Part shown: piece after piece, positions 28,639 to 37,991 of the stretch
How positions within the stretch are numbered: the first letter of the stretch is position 1
Layout of the letters: each line of letters starts with the position of its first letter
Source: an uncultured archaeon
GTDB lineage: Archaea; Thermoplasmatota; E2; DHVEG-1
Reading direction: 5' to 3'
DNA: 62,526 bases
NCBI GenBank assembly: GCA_902384685.1
Contig: CABMCU010000058.1
Coordinates: forward strand, 1 to 62,526
The notes under the pieces: generated by a model
What the model was told of the DNA's origin: nothing
Seen by the model: only the letters and a program-made list of their open reading frames with translations
Database searches by the model: none
Translations under genes and position numbers: made by a program

Positions 28639-30888
28639 ATGAAAAATTCACGAAGTAATGAGGCGATTTCTCAAATAATCGGTGAAATAATTCTTTTAGC
28701 AATAACGGTCACTTCCGTATCAGTCATAGCTATGCAAATATTATCGACACCTGGACCTCAAGACACAACCATTGTTACCATCATTGGAAAAATAGAAGGA
28801 GGACACCCTGTTTTTGAACTTCAACGTGGAGAAAATTTATCACGTGATACAAAACTCATTATAAATATATCGGAAAGATATAACTACAGTGAATATACTC
28901 TTTATGATTTTCAAAAATATATACACGACCAAAAGTGGAATATTGGAGAACAAATTATCCTCCCACAAGGAAACATTACAGGATTAAACGATAATGGACC
29001 ACGAGTAGAGGCAACAATAATTGATACAAAAACCAATGCAATTGTCTTCTGGGGGATCCTTCAAGAAGGCATCATTACACGATATAAAGGAGGGATATGG
29101 CACTTCAACGAGTCATACTGGAGCGGTATCTACCATGACGTCAATGATAGCTCTGGAAATTCAAATCATGGTATAGCAAAGCCCTTTTTTAATAAGCCAA
29201 AAATTATTAATGGTATCGACAAAAATGGTGGATATTTTGATAAAACAAATTATATCGAAGTCCCTACAAAATGGTCTATCAACATAACCGATCATATAAC
29301 CGTCGCAGCATGGATGAAACCGTACACCTCAGATTTTATATCTTATACTTCAACATTACCGAATAAATTTGGTTTTACCCCCTATATTATAAATGTCGCA
29401 GATAACATTTATGCGATAATAAGTGAAGAGCAAGGATCTGCTGGTTTGTTACAAACAATGAATATCACTTCAAATGGAGAAAATGTTACCATTATTCCAT
29501 ATCATGGCGAAGCCCGCTTCGGATATGCACAAGGAAATCAACGAAACCTCCGACCAATAATTACTAAAATAAAAGAAAAAATACTTAATACTCCTTCAAT
29601 GGTACTAATCGCCTATAATAATAACTCTGGGGGGAATAAGTTTTTTACGGAATTAAGAACCTATAATATTTCAAATAATGGTTCTATATATTATACAAAA
29701 AATTACCTCACGCTTCCGGAACAGGGCCCGAGTAATGGTAACCGACCAAATCTACAAAAAATTACAGATACCCTCTGTGTTATAGCTTACCAGACAAATA
29801 ACGGAGGAGGTATCATAAAAACACTAACAATATCATCGAATGGGACAATAACGCCCACAAATTACAATTATCTAGAACCTACTTTATCTGAACCTAACTT
29901 TTTCCCTATTAATAAGAACATTTATGGCCTTGCATATCGTGGTTCCTCAAATAAGGGTATTATTAAAACATTTAATTTCAACAACTCCACCGGATATATC
30001 ACAAATATTAGCTCGTGGAATTATTCTGAAACTGCGGCATTTCAACCTTGTGTCAGACATGTTTCAGGGAATATTTTTGCAGTAGTATACAGAAGTGATA
30101 CTGCTAAAGGAATTGTAAAAACTTTTGAAATTTTACCGAATGGTCGTTTTGGACCGACACCGGAATACAAAAATATTACATTAGCAAAAGTTAATTGCTA
30201 TACTCCATGGATAGTTCACGATGTTGCTGATACTTATTCTGTTGTATATTCAGACCAAGATGACACCGGAAATAATGCAGGATGTAATGGATATTATATT
30301 GAACTTGAATTAGGAAAAAATGGTTCTATTAAAATAACAGATTCTGGAAAAACATTTGAACAGGAGAGGTGTTATTCTCCAATAATTCTACCCATAAATG
30401 AACATATTTTCGTCATTGTCTACAAAGGACCGAGTGGCGGTGGATCTGGTCATCCAGGATGGCTAATAACAGTTGCGTATCCAGGAATGAAAGGCATTTT
30501 CAAAGGAGATGCCTTTTTTATTTCTTCAAATACAACCCAAGTTGAAGGAAGTATTAATAATGTTAAAATATATTATAATGATACTGATCTCGGCGAAAAC
30601 TGGCATCATATCAGCTTAACGTACGATGGAACAAATATAATACTTTTTGTCCATGATATTAATGGTGGATTAATAAATAAAACCTCAAAATATTATCCGA
30701 ATCATAAAATTACTCTAACCCCAATTGATTTATATTTAGGACGAAATTATTATGGATATATTGATGAGATAGCGATTTATGAAAAAGCTCTTAATGACTG
30801 TCAAATAAATTATATATCCCAACACCTACATGAGCAAAGAATGTTAGAGTATTATTTATTAGGAAATAATTGCTGGCCTATTTGGTAA
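28639..30888 (+). CDS. Giant pilin-like protein: Pilin_N domain + LamG/concanavalin-like lectin domain interrupted by a seven-repeat (propeller-like) insertion
   Basis: MKNSRSNEAISQIIGEIILLAITVTSV signal. LamG halves are WHFNESYW..DSSGNSNHG..ITVAAWMKP and NWHHISLTYDGTNIILFV..LYLGRNYYGYIDEIAIYEKAL. Seven ~50-aa repeats lie between them. Own TATA at ~28553. Confidence 0.7.
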   Translation: MKNSRSNEAISQIIGEIILLAITVTSVSVIAMQILSTPGPQDTTIVTIIGKIEGGHPVFELQRGENLSRDTKLIINISERYNYSEYTLYDFQKYIHDQKWNIGEQIILPQGNITGLNDNGPRVEATIIDTKTNAIVFWGILQEGIITRYKGGIWHFNESYWSGIYHDVNDSSGNSNHGIAKPFFNKPKIINGIDKNGGYFDKTNYIEVPTKWSINITDHITVAAWMKPYTSDFISYTSTLPNKFGFTPYIINVADNIYAIISEEQGSAGLLQTMNITSNGENVTIIPYHGEARFGYAQGNQRNLRPIITKIKEKILNTPSMVLIAYNNNSGGNKFFTELRTYNISNNGSIYYTKNYLTLPEQGPSNGNRPNLQKITDTLCVIAYQTNNGGGIIKTLTISSNGTITPTNYNYLEPTLSEPNFFPINKNIYGLAYRGSSNKGIIKTFNFNNSTGYITNISSWNYSETAAFQPCVRHVSGNIFAVVYRSDTAKGIVKTFEILPNGRFGPTPEYKNITLAKVNCYTPWIVHDVADTYSVVYSDQDDTGNNAGCNGYYIELELGKNGSIKITDSGKTFEQERCYSPIILPINEHIFVIVYKGPSGGGSGHPGWLITVAYPGMKGIFKGDAFFISSNTTQVEGSINNVKIYYNDTDLGENWHHISLTYDGTNIILFVHDINGGLINKTSKYYPNHKITLTPIDLYLGRNYYGYIDEIAIYEKALNDCQINYISQHLHEQRMLEYYLLGNNCWPIW

Positions 30889-30907
30889 CCGGATGACGCT
30901 TGATCAT

Positions 30908-31702
30908 TTATTCAATTTCAGAATAGATCTCTTTATTGGGATATACAACGATTCCTTTATCGGTAATGTTCATTGAAACGATCTTCTTCTGATGTTTAAT
31001 TCCTCGCATTTTCAAGACTTCAATAGCGGTTTGTCTTGTATTCTGTCGTCTAATATTATAAATAACAATAACGCCATCTGCTAAAAATTCCTCGACACCG
31101 GTTGGTGAAAATACTTCTGGTATCTGCTGTGTTTCGGTGACAAGAAAGGTCGTCGCACCAATTTTTTCAAAAAACCTGAATAGCCGTTCGACATAAAATC
31201 GGTATGATTGTTCTTTTCCTTGAAACGTCGAGGAGATTGCAGTGAGCGAGTCAAGGACAATAATATCGGGTTTAAATCCCACGGTATCCGCAATGGAGAG
31301 AGGCTCTAATTCCATCAACAGTGGATCGACTTCCTTTGTCATCATCGCTTGAATATCACTACCACCTTTTTTATCATAATAATAAATCTCAGCAGTCAAA
31401 AATCGTTTTATTTTAAGATTACCAGCACTGATAAGTGCCTTGGGATTCCATCCAAAATCATTCATATGTTCTATCAGACGTTCCTCTGATTCCTCAAATC
31501 CCATAAAATAACATTTTTTCCCTCGAGACGCATGATGCGCAATAATCTGCAAACATAAATTCGTTTTTCCACTACCTGTGCCACCAGCAACAAGCACTGA
31601 AGATCCTTTCGGAATCCCATGGTCAAAAAGGTCATCTAATCCTGGAACACCTGTTGCTATATATTTAGAATCCTTATCATCCGTACCCACAATTTTCACC
31701 AC
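30908..31702 (-). CDS. KaiC-like / RecA-superfamily single-domain ATPase (ArlH/FlaH- or RadB-like size)
   Basis: GVPGLDDLF..GIPKGSSVLVAGGTGSGKT Walker A, Walker B IIVLDSL. GTG start, exact start uncertain. Confidence 0.75.
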   Translation of the reverse strand: MVKIVGTDDKDSKYIATGVPGLDDLFDHGIPKGSSVLVAGGTGSGKTNLCLQIIAHHASRGKKCYFMGFEESEERLIEHMNDFGWNPKALISAGNLKIKRFLTAEIYYYDKKGGSDIQAMMTKEVDPLLMELEPLSIADTVGFKPDIIVLDSLTAISSTFQGKEQSYRFYVERLFRFFEKIGATTFLVTETQQIPEVFSPTGVEEFLADGVIVIYNIRRQNTRQTAIEVLKMRGIKHQKKIVSMNITDKGIVVYPNKEIYSEIE

Positions 31703-31991
31703 CTATACATTTTTTTTTATGAATAAATTACGTAAGTATAGTCGTATAACCCTTAATATTCTTTTCTCATTTTTTCAAAAAAAATTCTTTTTTCAACGGA
31801 TGTTTTTCTTAATGATAAAGATCCAGACAAGCATATAATCACCATTACTTTAGTAATAAATACATGACAGTGTTTCGTACCAACAAAGACGATATTTATT
31901 GCACTTCAGTTATTATGAGCCGCTAAACTAATAAACTATGATTTGTATACTATTCAATGAATATACCTACACGATTTGGAGATGGAATGGG

Positions 31992-32657
31992 ATGGGAATA
32001 CTCGAGAGATTTAGAGAAAGTAAGTTTTCAAAAATGATCCAAAAGATTTTTGGAAAGAAACACGCAAAGATCGGAATCTATGGACCACCAAACGTTGGGA
32101 AAACCACGCTGGCGAATCGAATTCTGCGGGATTGGACCGGGGATATCATGGGAAGTGTTTCTGAGGTTCCTCATGAAACACGACGGGCAAAATGGAAAAA
32201 CAACATCAGGGTTGATAACGGCGGATCATCCTTGACGATGGATCTTGTAGATACCCCGGGGATTGCGACAAAAATCGATTACAAAGAATTCATGAACATG
32301 TACGGGATGACAAAAGATGACTCACGATTACGAGCAAAGGAGGCAACCGAGGGAGTTATCGAAGCAATCCGTTGGCTTGATGATATCGACGGCGTAGTCC
32401 TAGTCATGGATGCAACACAAGATCCGTTCACCCAGGTCAATGTCACTATCATCGGGAACCTCGAGGCACGGAATCTCCCTATTCTCATTGCAGCAAACAA
32501 AATCGATGCGGAGAACGCCAGCCCGGCGACGTTGAAATCCGCGTTTCCACAACATCCAGTGATTCCTATCAGCGCACTTACTGGATATAACACGGAGAAC
32601 TTATATTCGATGATGGTGAAAGAATTCAGCAAAAAACGTCATAAACAGAGGAGGTAA
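31992..32657 (+). CDS. Small GTP-binding protein (archaeal Era/EngB-like)
   Basis: G1 GPPNVGKT, G3 DTPG, G4 NKID, in order. ATG 31992 preceded by GGAG. Confidence 0.75.
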   Translation: MGILERFRESKFSKMIQKIFGKKHAKIGIYGPPNVGKTTLANRILRDWTGDIMGSVSEVPHETRRAKWKNNIRVDNGGSSLTMDLVDTPGIATKIDYKEFMNMYGMTKDDSRLRAKEATEGVIEAIRWLDDIDGVVLVMDATQDPFTQVNVTIIGNLEARNLPILIAANKIDAENASPATLKSAFPQHPVIPISALTGYNTENLYSMMVKEFSKKRHKQRR

Positions 32658-32662
32658 GAACA

Positions 32663-33040
32663 ATGGGGAAAAAAGAAAGTGGAATTGCATTCAATCTGAT
32701 CTCCCATCAGAAACTTGAGAATCTCTCCTCCTCAGAAAAACTCGAATATATATTAAAAGAAGTCAAAGAGGGAAGAATCCTTGTCTTAGAACACGGTCTC
32801 ACTCCGACAGAACAAACACAACTCATAGAACATACCATGAAAGAAATCAATCATGACACCTTCATCGGCATTGAGATCGGTGGATACGAAAATGAAAAAG
32901 TCGGGTTCTTCCAGCGGGTATTCGGTGTCGCGAAGAAACCCCGCATGACCGTCATCGGACCAGCACATCTCCTCAGGATGGTTCATAAAGATAATGACAT
33001 GATTGAAACAACGATCATTCCTGGGAAAGGAGCAAATTAA
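32663..33040 (+). CDS. Conserved archaeal protein of unknown function (DUF2073-like, from memory)
   Basis: 125 aa. Stop overlaps the next ATG (TAATG). Family assignment is recollection only. Confidence 0.5.
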   Translation: MGKKESGIAFNLISHQKLENLSSSEKLEYILKEVKEGRILVLEHGLTPTEQTQLIEHTMKEINHDTFIGIEIGGYENEKVGFFQRVFGVAKKPRMTVIGPAHLLRMVHKDNDMIETTIIPGKGAN

Positions 33041-33573
33041 TGCCACATCAATGTCTCAAATGTGGCTATATCTTCGAAGAAGGATCTTCACAACTCTTGA
33101 AAGGATGCCCAGGATGTGGGGGAAACAGATTTTTTTTCACAAAACAACCACTCAATGAAACAGAACGCGACATCATGAGCAAGGAGATCGGTCAGGATCT
33201 CACCACCAGAATCATGGAGCTTGCTATCGAAAAAAACAAGAATGTGGCCAAAGGGACCGAAACCTGGATCAGACTGAAACCCAAAGATCTGCGAAAGATG
33301 ATCGAAGACCAAATCGAACAAGAAAAACCAGAAAAAGAAATGAACCTCAGTGAACCAATAAGTGATGACCAAAGGACCGCAATCATTGAAAAAATCAAGG
33401 AGGAAGCAGATCATTCCGATACACCGGAGACCATCGAGGTAGAACAACCAGGGAAATACCATATCGACCTCAAAGGACTCCTGGAGAAAGAACCGATTGT
33501 CATCGAAAAAGATGGAACCTATACGATTCATCTGCCATCTTTGTTTAAAATGCATGAGGAAAAGAAAAAATAG
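33040..33573 (+). CDS. Zn-ribbon-containing protein with an acidic C-terminal half (DUF2072/COG3364-like, from memory)
   Basis: N-terminal CLKCG..x..CPGCGG zinc ribbon. E/K-rich remainder. Confidence 0.55.
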   Translation: MPHQCLKCGYIFEEGSSQLLKGCPGCGGNRFFFTKQPLNETERDIMSKEIGQDLTTRIMELAIEKNKNVAKGTETWIRLKPKDLRKMIEDQIEQEKPEKEMNLSEPISDDQRTAIIEKIKEEADHSDTPETIEVEQPGKYHIDLKGLLEKEPIVIEKDGTYTIHLPSLFKMHEEKKK

Positions 33574-33646
33574 ATTCTAAATTTCCTCGGAAGATACTCT
33601 CCATTACCTTTTTATTGAAGTCAAAGATACAACTTTGGTGGATTTT

Positions 33647-34942
33647 ATGAAATGGTACGATGAGGTTGAATATATCAGAAAACAAGCGATGAAAAACAAC
33701 GAGTTTTTCGGCAACTCCCTGCCCATGATCGCGAGTGAAAATGTCCTCTCACCGTTATGTCGAGAAATGCTTATTACAGATTTTCATGGACGGTACGCAG
33801 AAGGCACCCCAGGAAACCGGTACTACGAGGGCTGTAAGTTCTTTGATCTTGTTGAAGAAAAAACCATGGAACTAGCAAAAAAACTATTTTCTTGTAGTTA
33901 TGCTGATGTGCGACCGACCTCAGGAACCGTGGCAAATATGGCCGTGTTGAAAGCACTGATTAAACCTGGTGAGACCGCGACTGTTCTAGATACTGCGAAT
34001 GGTGCTCATATCTCGTTTGGTAAATACGGTGCTGCAGGAGTCCGAGGTATTAACCTTGTCTCATTCCCCTTTAGTAATGAGGAAATGAACATCGATGTTG
34101 ATGGTGCAGTCAAACTCATCCGACAGGTCAAACCGAAACTCGCGTTATGCGGTCAATCGGTGTTTTTATTCCCAACTCCGCTGAAACCCATAGCACAAGC
34201 AGCTCATGAGGTTGGCGCGTATGTGGTGTACGATGCGGCTCATGTCCTTGGTCTGATTGCCGGCAAACGATTTCAGGATCCGATTCGAGAGGGCGCAGAT
34301 GTGATGAACGGGAGCACCCATAAAACACTACCTGGTCCCCAGGGAGGCATACTCCTTTCAGATCATAAAGCAGATCACGAGGATGATAAAGCATTCTTAC
34401 GAAAACTCGGTTTCGGGGTCTTCCCCGGAGTGACCTCCTCATATCATCTACACCATGTTGCAGCAAAGGGAATTGCTTTTGCTGAACATCTCGAGTTCGG
34501 AGAGGCATATGCAGATCAAACCATTAAGAACGCGAAACGCCTCGCAGAAGCGCTCCATGAACAAGGGTTCAAAGTCTTCGGGGAGAAACTTGGTTTTACC
34601 AAATCACATCAAGTCCTAGTGGAAATCGGACCGGGAAAAGGAAAAGAATCATCGAAAACACTTGAGGAAGCAGGGATTATCACAAACATGAACATGATCC
34701 CCAGCGACGTCGATCCGCTTAATCCCTCGGGACTCAGGATTGGGACACCAGAGCTCACTCGTATCGGGATGAAAGAACAAGAAATGGTTGATGTTGCAAC
34801 ATTCTATGCACGCGCACTTTTGAAAAAAGAAAATCTTAAAAAAATCAAAGACGACGTGAAAGAATTCCGGAAAGATTACCAAGAACTCTGTTACTGCTTC
34901 AAAGAAGGTTTCCGGGGATATGACTACCATAAGTTGATCTAA
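33647..34942 (+). CDS. glyA: Serine hydroxymethyltransferase
   Basis: SHMT pattern throughout, including the PLP-lysine region GSTHKTLPGPQGG. Confidence 0.95.
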   Translation: MKWYDEVEYIRKQAMKNNEFFGNSLPMIASENVLSPLCREMLITDFHGRYAEGTPGNRYYEGCKFFDLVEEKTMELAKKLFSCSYADVRPTSGTVANMAVLKALIKPGETATVLDTANGAHISFGKYGAAGVRGINLVSFPFSNEEMNIDVDGAVKLIRQVKPKLALCGQSVFLFPTPLKPIAQAAHEVGAYVVYDAAHVLGLIAGKRFQDPIREGADVMNGSTHKTLPGPQGGILLSDHKADHEDDKAFLRKLGFGVFPGVTSSYHLHHVAAKGIAFAEHLEFGEAYADQTIKNAKRLAEALHEQGFKVFGEKLGFTKSHQVLVEIGPGKGKESSKTLEEAGIITNMNMIPSDVDPLNPSGLRIGTPELTRIGMKEQEMVDVATFYARALLKKENLKKIKDDVKEFRKDYQELCYCFKEGFRGYDYHKLI

Positions 34943-34943
34943 C

Positions 34944-35498
34944 ATGTGGGTCGCACTCACTGGCACTCCAGGAACCGGAAAAAGTTCGGTTTCGACACGT
35001 CTACAGAAGCAAGGGTATACTATCGTTCGATTACATCAGCTTGCAAGAGAGAATAACTGCATTGATGGTATTGATAAGAAAAGAAACTCGCAGCTCATCG
35101 ATGTGGACAAGTTGAACAAATCCATCAAGAAAAACTTCGCGAATGATGCACTCGTTTTTTTTGAAGGACATGTGGGCCATCTCCTTAAAACTATGGATAA
35201 GGTGGTTATTCTCCGTTGTCATCCTAAAGAACTAAAAAAAAGGTTAACGAAAAAAAAATGGAGCACCAAAAAAATCAAGGAAAACGTAGACGCAGAAACT
35301 ATTGATGTAATCCTCTGCGAAGCAATTGAACAACATCCACAGAAAAATGTGTTTGAGATTGATACAACCAACAAAACCATGCAAGAGGTCGCTACAATCA
35401 TCATAAAGATAGCGAAAAAAAACTTTCAACCGACAAAAACATATACCATAGGACAGATTGATTGGTCAGAGGAAATCTTCAAAGAGTACCCCACATAG
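34944..35498 (+). CDS. Fap7/AK6-type putative adenylate kinase / NTPase
   Basis: P-loop ALTGTPGTGKSS at the N-terminus. ~184 aa. Confidence 0.75.
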   Translation: MWVALTGTPGTGKSSVSTRLQKQGYTIVRLHQLARENNCIDGIDKKRNSQLIDVDKLNKSIKKNFANDALVFFEGHVGHLLKTMDKVVILRCHPKELKKRLTKKKWSTKKIKENVDAETIDVILCEAIEQHPQKNVFEIDTTNKTMQEVATIIIKIAKKNFQPTKTYTIGQIDWSEEIFKEYPT

Positions 35499-35506
35499 GA
35501 GCAGAA

Positions 35507-36160
35507 ATGGTATTGGATAGAACACGAGACCGAACAGATCCATTCCTAACTATGATCGCAAAGCGATTCACCCGTATTAACCCTAATCTCCTCACATGGT
35601 TTGCCCTTCTTTTTTCTGTGATTGCGGGAGGTTTCTTTTATTTCTCAAATCCAACAACTGAGTTACAGAACTTCTTTTTATTTTTTGCCGCTCTCTTTGT
35701 GTTGCTGAACGGATTATTTGATGCAATTGACGGAAAAGTCGCAAAATTAACAAACAAGGCCACAGCACGAGGAGATTTCCTTGACCATGCGCTTGATCGG
35801 TACGCAGACGTTTTCATTATTGGTGCTCTTGCGTTAAGCCCATGGTGCCGACCCCCCATTGGCTTACTTGCAATTATTGGTGTGTTACTAACCAGTTATA
35901 TGGGGACACAAGCACAAGCTATCGGCTATAAACGAGATTACTCTGGATTGTTAGGACGAGCAGACCGTCTCACACTGCTCATCATATTTCCGTTTATTCA
36001 ACATATTGCACTTCACTCTGCGCTTCAATTACCCTGGAACATCACGATAATAGAGTTGGTAATGTTGTATTTTGCGGTTGTTGGGAATATCACTGCGATA
36101 CAGCGATTCTACATTACGTTACGATGGTTTCGAGGTGAATTTAGAAAAGGAAAAAAATAA
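35507..36160 (+). CDS. CDP-alcohol phosphatidyltransferase (archaeal phospholipid head-group synthase)
   Basis: Exact family signature D-G-x2-A-K-x8-G-x3-D-x3-D in DAIDGKVAKLTNKATARGDFLDHALDRYAD. Multiple TM helices. AGGAG RBS. Confidence 0.85.
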   Translation: MVLDRTRDRTDPFLTMIAKRFTRINPNLLTWFALLFSVIAGGFFYFSNPTTELQNFFLFFAALFVLLNGLFDAIDGKVAKLTNKATARGDFLDHALDRYADVFIIGALALSPWCRPPIGLLAIIGVLLTSYMGTQAQAIGYKRDYSGLLGRADRLTLLIIFPFIQHIALHSALQLPWNITIIELVMLYFAVVGNITAIQRFYITLRWFRGEFRKGKK

Positions 36161-36296
36161 TCTTTTATTATTGTTACCATTAAAATCTTCGAATGTTATT
36201 TACGAAGCGAAAAAAATGAAGGGAAGCAGAAGAAATCTAAAACCTCAAATGTCTTGCAAAGGGATCGAAAAATAAAAAAGTGATATTAAAGAATTT

Positions 36297-36509
36297 TTAT
36301 ATTCTTTTTAGTAAAAGTAAGAATTTTTTGTATATTTGTTCTGAAGAAAAAATCAGGGGGACACCCTTGAAATCGCAATCGTTACACGTATATCCGCGGG
36401 CAAAATACGGTATCTTCGCATTTCCGAGTATCACCGAATGTGTGTTTTTGCTTCCACATAATGGACACGCTATAATTTCCATAATATCATCAATGCTATG
36501 TAATAGCAT
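36297..36509 (-). CDS. Small zinc-ribbon protein, hypothetical
   Basis: CPLCGS ... CNDCDF four-Cys arrangement. 61-70 aa depending on the start (ATG 36509 or 36482). Confidence 0.45.
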   Translation of the reverse strand: MLLHSIDDIMEIIACPLCGSKNTHSVILGNAKIPYFARGYTCNDCDFKGVPLIFSSEQIYKKFLLLLKRI

Positions 36510-36652
36510 GGCATATATTTATACTTTATGCGAATTTAAGACTTCATTTCACATTTTTCATGGTTTTTTCCAAAAAATCGACTGATTCTTTCCTATCCAT
36601 TTTTTGCCAAAAATTAAAGTAGAATGGAACGTTCTTTGTTTCGGAAAAAAAA

Positions 36653-37933
36653 ATGAACACGAGCCAAAAGACCGCGATTCTTATTTCACTTGAAGACTCA
36701 ACTTCAGAAATTATTCAACTTGCCAATACCCTCGGATATAAAATATTAAAAAAATTTATCCAGCACAGAACAAACCCAGATGTGAACTTTTATATCGGAT
36801 GCGGAAAAGTAGACGAAATCAAAGAGTTCCTCGAGGATACAGAAGAATCAGTCGATCTTGTCATCGTTAACGGAGAACTCAAACCATCACAGTGGTTTTT
36901 CCTGGAAAAAAAGTTAGAAACCAACGTCTATGACCGTATTCGGCTCATTCTTGCTATCTTCGAAGAACACGCAGAACGACAGGAAGCACTCCTTCAAGTT
37001 AAACTCGCACAATTGCAATATGAACGCCCCTATGTCAGAGAACTGATCCACCGGGCAAAAGCAGGAGAACACCCAGGTCTCATGGCTGGAGGAGAATACC
37101 AGGTTGACGATTACTATGAGATGATCAAACGACAAACAAAAAAAATCAGAGAAGATCTCCAAAAAATCATGCAAAACAGAGAACTCCAGAGAAAAACCAG
37201 ATCGAAAAGCGGATTCTACTCAGTCTCACTAGCCGGGTACACCAATGCAGGAAAAAGCAGCCTCATGAACCTACTTTCAGGAGAAAAAGTAAAAGTGGAA
37301 GAACAACTGTTCTCCACCTTGTCAACAACGACGCGAAGCATCACGGCGAAAAACAAAGAAAAAAAAATCCCTATTCTCCTTACTGACACCGTTGGATTTA
37401 TCGAGAACCTCCCATCCTGCATCATCGATGCATTCCATTCAACACTCGAGGAAATCGAGCTTGCAGATGTCGTCGTCTTAGTTGTGGACGGCAGCGAAGC
37501 AAAAGAAATCGTAGAAAAAAAACTCCGCGTTTCACTCAATGAATTACGAAATATCGGCGTTGGCGCACCAATCATCATTGCATTAAACAAAATTGATTTA
37601 ATCGAAAATAACTCCCTTGACATGCTCAAAAAGTATCTGCAACAAACCAGTATTGTTGAAGACTATGTCGTAGTAGATATCTCCGTAAAAAAACAGAAAA
37701 ACATCGAGAGGTTACTCCAAACAATCTCTGAATCATTTCTCCATATGATGAAGATAACATTTCAACTGCCTCTAGAAGAAAAATCGCAGGCGTTTATCTC
37801 TCAGCTGTATGAAAAAACCAAGGTTATTCATATCAGATATAACGAGTTCATCACCGTGGAAGTTGAATGCAATGAGAAGATAAAAGAAAAGCTCATCGCA
37901 GCTTGCCGAGCTATAAATGGTGATGCCCTATAA
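36653..37933 (+). CDS. hflX: GTPase HflX
   Basis: HflX N-terminal domain then G1 GYTNAGKSS, G3 DTVGF, G4 NKID. Confidence 0.9.
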   Translation: MNTSQKTAILISLEDSTSEIIQLANTLGYKILKKFIQHRTNPDVNFYIGCGKVDEIKEFLEDTEESVDLVIVNGELKPSQWFFLEKKLETNVYDRIRLILAIFEEHAERQEALLQVKLAQLQYERPYVRELIHRAKAGEHPGLMAGGEYQVDDYYEMIKRQTKKIREDLQKIMQNRELQRKTRSKSGFYSVSLAGYTNAGKSSLMNLLSGEKVKVEEQLFSTLSTTTRSITAKNKEKKIPILLTDTVGFIENLPSCIIDAFHSTLEEIELADVVVLVVDGSEAKEIVEKKLRVSLNELRNIGVGAPIIIALNKIDLIENNSLDMLKKYLQQTSIVEDYVVVDISVKKQKNIERLLQTISESFLHMMKITFQLPLEEKSQAFISQLYEKTKVIHIRYNEFITVEVECNEKIKEKLIAACRAINGDAL

Positions 37934-37991
37934 AAAAAACAAAATCCTTATACGTCACATTGTATTCCATTCAAAAAGGGAGAATAACATT

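Noticed and set aside
21409-31702. Annotating the locus as an archaellum (fla/arl) operon.
   Set aside because: No FlaB/ArlB-type flagellin and no FlaF/FlaG/FlaC-E. The three signal-peptide proteins are Pilin_N-type with large non-flagellin domains, and the KaiC-like gene is on the opposite strand. Better described as a non-archaellar type IV pilus-like system.
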